Assembly (NCBI GenBank): GCA_016756835.1
Contig: JAESPE010000001.1
Coordinates: forward strand, 16,732 to 80,731
Reading direction: 5' to 3'
Origin: a gamma proteobacterium endosymbiont of Lamellibrachia anaximandri
GTDB lineage: Bacteria; Pseudomonadota; Gammaproteobacteria; Chromatiales; Chromatiaceae
DNA length: 64,000 bases
The translations under genes were made by a program, and so were the position numbers. The notes under the pieces are model-generated. The model ran no database searches, was not told the DNA's origin, and was given only the letters and a program-made list of their open reading frames with translations. Position 1 is the first letter of the stretch; each line of letters begins with the position of its first letter. Positions 59,733 through 64,000 of this stretch are shown here, piece after piece.

Positions 59733-61877
59733 TCAGGCGTTGTATCTTCTTCGTAGCGTGTAACCTATACCACCCAAACCGAGCAGTAGCGGCAGCCAGA
59801 GCGCCGCTCCGCCACCCCCCCCATCCGGAATAGTCACATTGCCACCGGCATCCACGAAGATGGTGCCGTGTTCAAGGGCGGTGCCGTCCGTGGCCTTGCA
59901 GGCCGTTCCGACAGCAGTGGTGCCTGTAACGCCGATATCCGCATCCGAGAGGCTGAAAAAGATATTGTTGCTGCAGGCCACCCGCACCCGGCCTCTGGCA
60001 ACCAGCCTGTTGGGCAGGATTGGCGACGCCGAACCGGTATTGGGAAATGTCCCAAGATTCAAAACCGCATCGTCATTGTGGTCGCAATAGGTTGAGCCAT
60101 CGGCACTGAATGAGAGAAGCGAGATTTCAACCTGAGGACAGCTGCCCCCGGTACCGCCCACTGCCCAATTGATAGTCTGGGCGAATCCGCCTGGATAGTT
60201 GCCCGCACTATTCAGCACACCACCATTTACATCAAAAGGGCCGGTGCCCCCATCCACAGTCACCACCAGATCGTCCTCATCCACACCGGAGTTGCCGTCT
60301 CGGGCGGTAAGGCGAAAATTCAGAGTTCTGCTTGTGGTTGGTAGTATTTCGCTAATATCTCCAAAAACCGACAACTTGAGACTGAGCCGGGGAAAGTTTC
60401 GGGTTGGCGTATCTTTCGGCAGAAAGGAGCGGAACAGCGGGTTATCACCAAGATCCGTTCCAATCGTCATTACATCGGTTTCCGTACCCGTATCCATCTC
60501 ATCCCATTGATAAGAGAGAGTATCTCCATCCGGGTCGGTTGCAAAGCCGCTCAAGGCAAATGGTGTGTTTGTCGGAATCGTGAAATCCGCCCCGGCATCT
60601 GCTGTAGGTGCCGTGTTGCCGGTGGCGACAACTGAACCACAACTGCCTCCGGCACCTGCGACAAAGGCCACCATCTGCCCAATACTCACACCATGAAAGG
60701 TGGCATCTGAATTATCCACCAGATCTTCCCCACCGCAGATGCCCGCGTAGCTCATGATGGTGGTGCCACCGCCAGGTTCTACCGCCGTCGGTCCCCACCT
60801 ATTACCAAACCCACAGGCTTCAGTGGTACCGTTGAAGGTATGATACGCCCCGAACTGATGGCCTATCTCGTGGGAGACGAAATCGATATAGAAGGCGTCG
60901 CCGGTAGGCAACGGCGATCCTGTCACCCCTTCGGCCTTGAAAGCATTGTCGCAGACGCTCTCAATTACGGCGATACCGCCGCCACCCGTGCTGAATACAT
61001 GACCGACATCGTAGTTGGCGCTGCCGATAACCGCATCCAGATTGGCCTGATTTTCATCCAGCATGGCGAAGCCATCGGAGTTTGTATAGGGATCGGTGGC
61101 ACCATCCGTATAGATAATCCGATCATTGCCGGCGACCAGTATGAACTGCACCGCGATATCCCGCCCATAGACCTGGTTGACCCGGTTGATGGTAGTCACC
61201 ATGGCAGAGAGCGCACTGGTCTTGGTGCCGCCGTGAAACTGGGTGTATTCGCCGGTGGCCGCCAGGGCCAGTCGATAGTTACGGCGCTGTCCACTGGTGC
61301 GTTGGGCTGTATCACCATCGCTGCGCAACGCCGTCTGCTGATCCCCATCAACAGCGCAGGTAAATCCGCTTTCAGCCCCCATGCCGCGCTGAGCCAGGGC
61401 GTAGTCGCCTTTGTAGTAGGAGCGATAACCGCCACTCCCATCCGGATCGATAAAGACAGTACCGGCGGTAGAGGTGATCATGCCGTGGAACCCCTGTGGG
61501 GCCATATCCAGCCGACCGCTGGCACCGGGATCATCGACACCATGAACCTGATAGGTGGTTATCTCCGGATAGCGCGCTGCCAGTTCCGGCGCCAATATCG
61601 GTGAGCGTTCGAGTCGAAAGCGCTGCATCGTGCCGTTGGGCATCGGTAGGCTGAGTTCCGAACCCTGGCTGCTGGTGAACTCCAGAGGGGCAGCCGCCAG
61701 CGCCTGCCGCAAGGCGCCATCATCCGCTTGCAGGGGTCGATAGTAGAGTGGTTCCGCAATTATCCCGCGAGCAGCGGTATCCCCTGCCGGGATATCGCTC
61801 CAGATAGAGGCAGATGCGCTGAAGGGAATCCCCAACATTGCGGTGATGATAAAAAAACGTGATATTCCGGCGCGCAT
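59733..61877 (-). CDS. Secreted metzincin (reprolysin/M12B-like) zinc metalloprotease with GlyGly-CTERM-like tail
   Basis: Signal peptide MRAGISRFFIITAMLGIPFSASA. HEIGHQFGAYH (HExxHxxGxxH). C-terminus DGGGGGAALWLPLLLGLGGIGYTLRRRYNA. Confidence 0.85.
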   Translation of the reverse strand: MRAGISRFFIITAMLGIPFSASASIWSDIPAGDTAARGIIAEPLYYRPLQADDGALRQALAAAPLEFTSSQGSELSLPMPNGTMQRFRLERSPILAPELAARYPEITTYQVHGVDDPGASGRLDMAPQGFHGMITSTAGTVFIDPDGSGGYRSYYKGDYALAQRGMGAESGFTCAVDGDQQTALRSDGDTAQRTSGQRRNYRLALAATGEYTQFHGGTKTSALSAMVTTINRVNQVYGRDIAVQFILVAGNDRIIYTDGATDPYTNSDGFAMLDENQANLDAVIGSANYDVGHVFSTGGGGIAVIESVCDNAFKAEGVTGSPLPTGDAFYIDFVSHEIGHQFGAYHTFNGTTEACGFGNRWGPTAVEPGGGTTIMSYAGICGGEDLVDNSDATFHGVSIGQMVAFVAGAGGSCGSVVATGNTAPTADAGADFTIPTNTPFALSGFATDPDGDTLSYQWDEMDTGTETDVMTIGTDLGDNPLFRSFLPKDTPTRNFPRLSLKLSVFGDISEILPTTSRTLNFRLTARDGNSGVDEDDLVVTVDGGTGPFDVNGGVLNSAGNYPGGFAQTINWAVGGTGGSCPQVEISLLSFSADGSTYCDHNDDAVLNLGTFPNTGSASPILPNRLVARGRVRVACSNNIFFSLSDADIGVTGTTAVGTACKATDGTALEHGTIFVDAGGNVTIPDGGGGGAALWLPLLLGLGGIGYTLRRRYNA

Positions 61878-61943
61878 GCAACCCGTCTCCGGTTAGTTAG
61901 TCTCTATTGGATGTAATTCCCCACAGCTGGCTGTGAAGCTTTT

Positions 61944-62085
61944 GTAGGGGCAGCGCCCCGCTTGATCATGCCTACATCTTAAAAACAGTGATCTAATGTA
62001 GGCCGGTTCAAGCAGAGCGGAACCGGCAACCGCATAGGCGTTGTCAATCCAACACGCCCGATCCGCTACGCTTGATCGAGCCTAC
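61944..62085. repeat. REP cluster (chimeric unit at 61944-61975, unit A + at 61998-62027, unit B - at 62056-62085)
   Basis: GTAGGGGCAGCGCCCCGCTTGATCATGCCTAC, GTAGGCCGGTTCAAGCAGAGCGGAACCGGC, and GCCCGATCCGCTACGCTTGATCGAGCCTAC. Confidence 0.85.
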
Positions 62086-62121
62086 ATTTTTTACCCAAAT
62101 CACTGAACCTTTCCTTAACGA

Positions 62122-63555
62122 TCAGCCTTTAAGTTTCTTCAATAGCAGTTCGTTGACCTGTTCAGGATTGGCCTTGCCTCTGGTCGCTTTCATGACCTGG
62201 CCGACAAAGAAACCCAGCAGCTTCTCCTTGCCCGCACGGAACTGTTCAACCTGCTTTGAATTATTGGCGATGATGTCGTCGATAATCGGCTCTATCGCCC
62301 CTGTATCGGTAATCTGCTTGAGACCTTTAGCCTCGATCACTGTATCCGCGTCACCCTCGCCGTTCCAGATCGCCTCGAAGACCTGCTTAGCGATCTTGCC
62401 TGAGATGGTCTTGTCGGCGATGCGTTTCAGCAGCCCACCCATCTGCTCAGGGCTCACCGGGGAGTCGGCGAGATTCAGCCCCGCCTTGTTCAATGCACCG
62501 CCCAGTTTCATGGTGACCCAGTTGGCAGCCATCTTGGTTTCGCCACCCGCCTCGACCACCACTTCGAAATAGTCCGCCAGGGGACGGCTGGCAGTCAGTG
62601 CCTTCGCCTCTTTTTCGCCCAGTGCATAGGTCTGAATAAAACGCTGCAGCTTGGCGGTAGGCAGTTCCGGCAGCTCATCCCTAATCTGCTCCAGCAGCGA
62701 CTCGTCGATCTCAACCGGCAGCAGATCAGGATCGGGGAAGTAACGATAGTCATTCGCCTCCTCCTTGCTGCGCATGGAGCGGGTCTCATCCCTGTCGGCA
62801 TCGTAGAGACGGGTCTCCTGCACGATCCTGCCGCCGCTTTCGACCACATCGATCTGGCGCTCCAGCTCATAGTTGAGGGCGCGCTCCAGAAAACGGAAGG
62901 AGTTGATGTTCTTCAGCTCTGTACGGGTACCGAACGCCTCCTGCCCGAAGGGACGGATGGAGAGGTTGGCATCCACCCGGAAGGAGCCCTCCTGCATATT
63001 GCCGTCGCAGATGCCGAGATAAACTACCAGTTGGTGAATCTTGCGGGCATAGGCCACCGCCTCCTTGATGGAGCGCATATCCGGCTCGGAGACGATCTCC
63101 AGCAGCGGCGTACCGGCCCGGTTGAGGTCGATGCCGCTCAAACCGTGGAAGTCCTCATGCAGCGACTTGCCCGCATCCTCCTCCAGATGCGCACGGGTGA
63201 TGCCGATCACTTTCGACTCGCCGTTTTCCAGCTCGATGATCAACTCGCCCTTGCCCACGATTGGCAATTCAAACTGGCTGATCTGATAACCCTTTGGCAA
63301 ATCAGGATAGAAGTAGTTTTTCCGCGCAAATACTGAACGCCTGCCAATTTCAGCGCCAACTGCGACACCAAATTTAAGCGCGCAGTTTACCACCTCCCGG
63401 TTCAGCACCGGCAACACGCCGGGGAAGGCCAGATCCACATTGCAGGCCTGGGTGTTGGGCGCTGCACCATAGGCCGTGGAGGCCCCGGAGAAGATCTTCG
63501 ATTTCGTTGCCAGTTGGGTATGAACTTCCAATCCGATGACGGTTTCCCACTGCAT
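62122..63555 (-). CDS. gatB: Asp-tRNA(Asn)/Glu-tRNA(Gln) amidotransferase subunit B
   Basis: [15 protein letters not shown]..., [15 protein letters not shown]. Confidence 0.96.
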   Translation of the reverse strand: MQWETVIGLEVHTQLATKSKIFSGASTAYGAAPNTQACNVDLAFPGVLPVLNREVVNCALKFGVAVGAEIGRRSVFARKNYFYPDLPKGYQISQFELPIVGKGELIIELENGESKVIGITRAHLEEDAGKSLHEDFHGLSGIDLNRAGTPLLEIVSEPDMRSIKEAVAYARKIHQLVVYLGICDGNMQEGSFRVDANLSIRPFGQEAFGTRTELKNINSFRFLERALNYELERQIDVVESGGRIVQETRLYDADRDETRSMRSKEEANDYRYFPDPDLLPVEIDESLLEQIRDELPELPTAKLQRFIQTYALGEKEAKALTASRPLADYFEVVVEAGGETKMAANWVTMKLGGALNKAGLNLADSPVSPEQMGGLLKRIADKTISGKIAKQVFEAIWNGEGDADTVIEAKGLKQITDTGAIEPIIDDIIANNSKQVEQFRAGKEKLLGFFVGQVMKATRGKANPEQVNELLLKKLKG

Positions 63556-63601
63556 GGTCTTTACTCTGACTGAGGTTATATAAAAAACACTAATCCAACA
63601 T

Positions 63602-63683
63602 GCCCGATCCGCTACGCTTGATCAGGCCTACATCCTGGAAACGGCGATCTAGCGTAGGCCGGTTCAAGCGCAGCGGAACCGGC
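63602..63683. repeat. REP doublet in the gatA-gatB spacer (unit B - at 63602-63631, unit A + at 63654-63683)
   Basis: GCCCGATCCGCTACGCTTGATCAGGCCTAC and GTAGGCCGGTTCAAGCGCAGCGGAACCGGC. Confidence 0.85.
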
Positions 63684-63700
63684 AACCACCTGTGAAGGCC

Positions 63701-64000
63701 TCAAAAACCTTCCGGCGCCAGCTTGTGCCAGTCCGTTGCCTGTTGGAGTTTATGGGCGACGTTCAACAGCTTCGCCTCGGCGAAATAGTTGCCGATGATC
63801 TGCAATCCAACCGGCATGCCCTCCACTGGCCCCACCGGCACCGACATGCCGGGCAGTCCTGCCAGATTGGCAGCAATGGTATAGATATCGTTGAGGTACA
63901 TGGTCACCGGGTCATCCGCCTTCTCTCCCAGGCCAAAGGCGGTACTGGGTGTGGAGGGCCCCATGATCACGTCGACCTGCTCGAAGGCCGATTTGAAATC
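63701..64000 (-). CDS. gatA: Glu-tRNA(Gln) amidotransferase subunit A (3' part; continues beyond the window)
   Basis: The frame is open to the window edge. C-terminal amidase sequence ...[13 protein letters not shown]...[15 protein letters not shown]. Confidence 0.9.
   Translation of the reverse strand, partial: DFKSAFEQVDVIMGPSTPSTAFGLGEKADDPVTMYLNDIYTIAANLAGLPGMSVPVGPVEGMPVGLQIIGNYFAEAKLLNVAHKLQQATDWHKLAPEGF

Overview
The window looks like core chromosome of a GC-rich gammaproteobacterium. The assignment rests on gene order shared with E. coli and Pseudomonas: yrbG-kdsDC-lptCAB-rpoN-hpf-ptsN-rapZ, ygfB-pepP-ubiH-ubiI, zapA-ssrS-ygfA, maf-rng-yhdP-tldD-pmbA and hemA-prfA-prmC. Nearly all of it is housekeeping. 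This includes thyA/folA/lgt, a Moco cluster, a glycine-cleavage operon behind a tandem glycine riboswitch, the ubiquinone hydroxylases, and 6S RNA. It also includes rplM-rpsI with tRNA-Gln, LPS transport, a sigma-54 / regulatory-PTS block containing HprK, and gatBA. I saw no CRISPR array, transposase, integrase, prophage or recognisable defence island. The non-routine content is mostly intergenic:

- **Heptamer-repeat elements.** One carries a low-GC four-helix-bundle (23S-IVS/Avd-type) gene wedged between rpsI and tRNA-Gln. Shorter gene-less copies lie at four other spacers.
- **REP/BIME-like hairpins.** A GTAG-headed family occurs in two stem variants with compensatory changes, at seven or more loci. 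Three loci sit inside otherwise tight operons.
- **Small-RNA or leader candidate.** A near-consensus promoter and a strong terminator define a roughly 98-nt unit upstream of rplM.
- **Tandem repeat.** A 23-bp unit is repeated about 4.3 times upstream of rlmH.
- **Rhombosortase module.** A rhombosortase lies next to a metzincin with a GlyGly-CTERM-like tail.

Every family assignment comes from reading the translated ORFs and motifs by eye. No database search was run.
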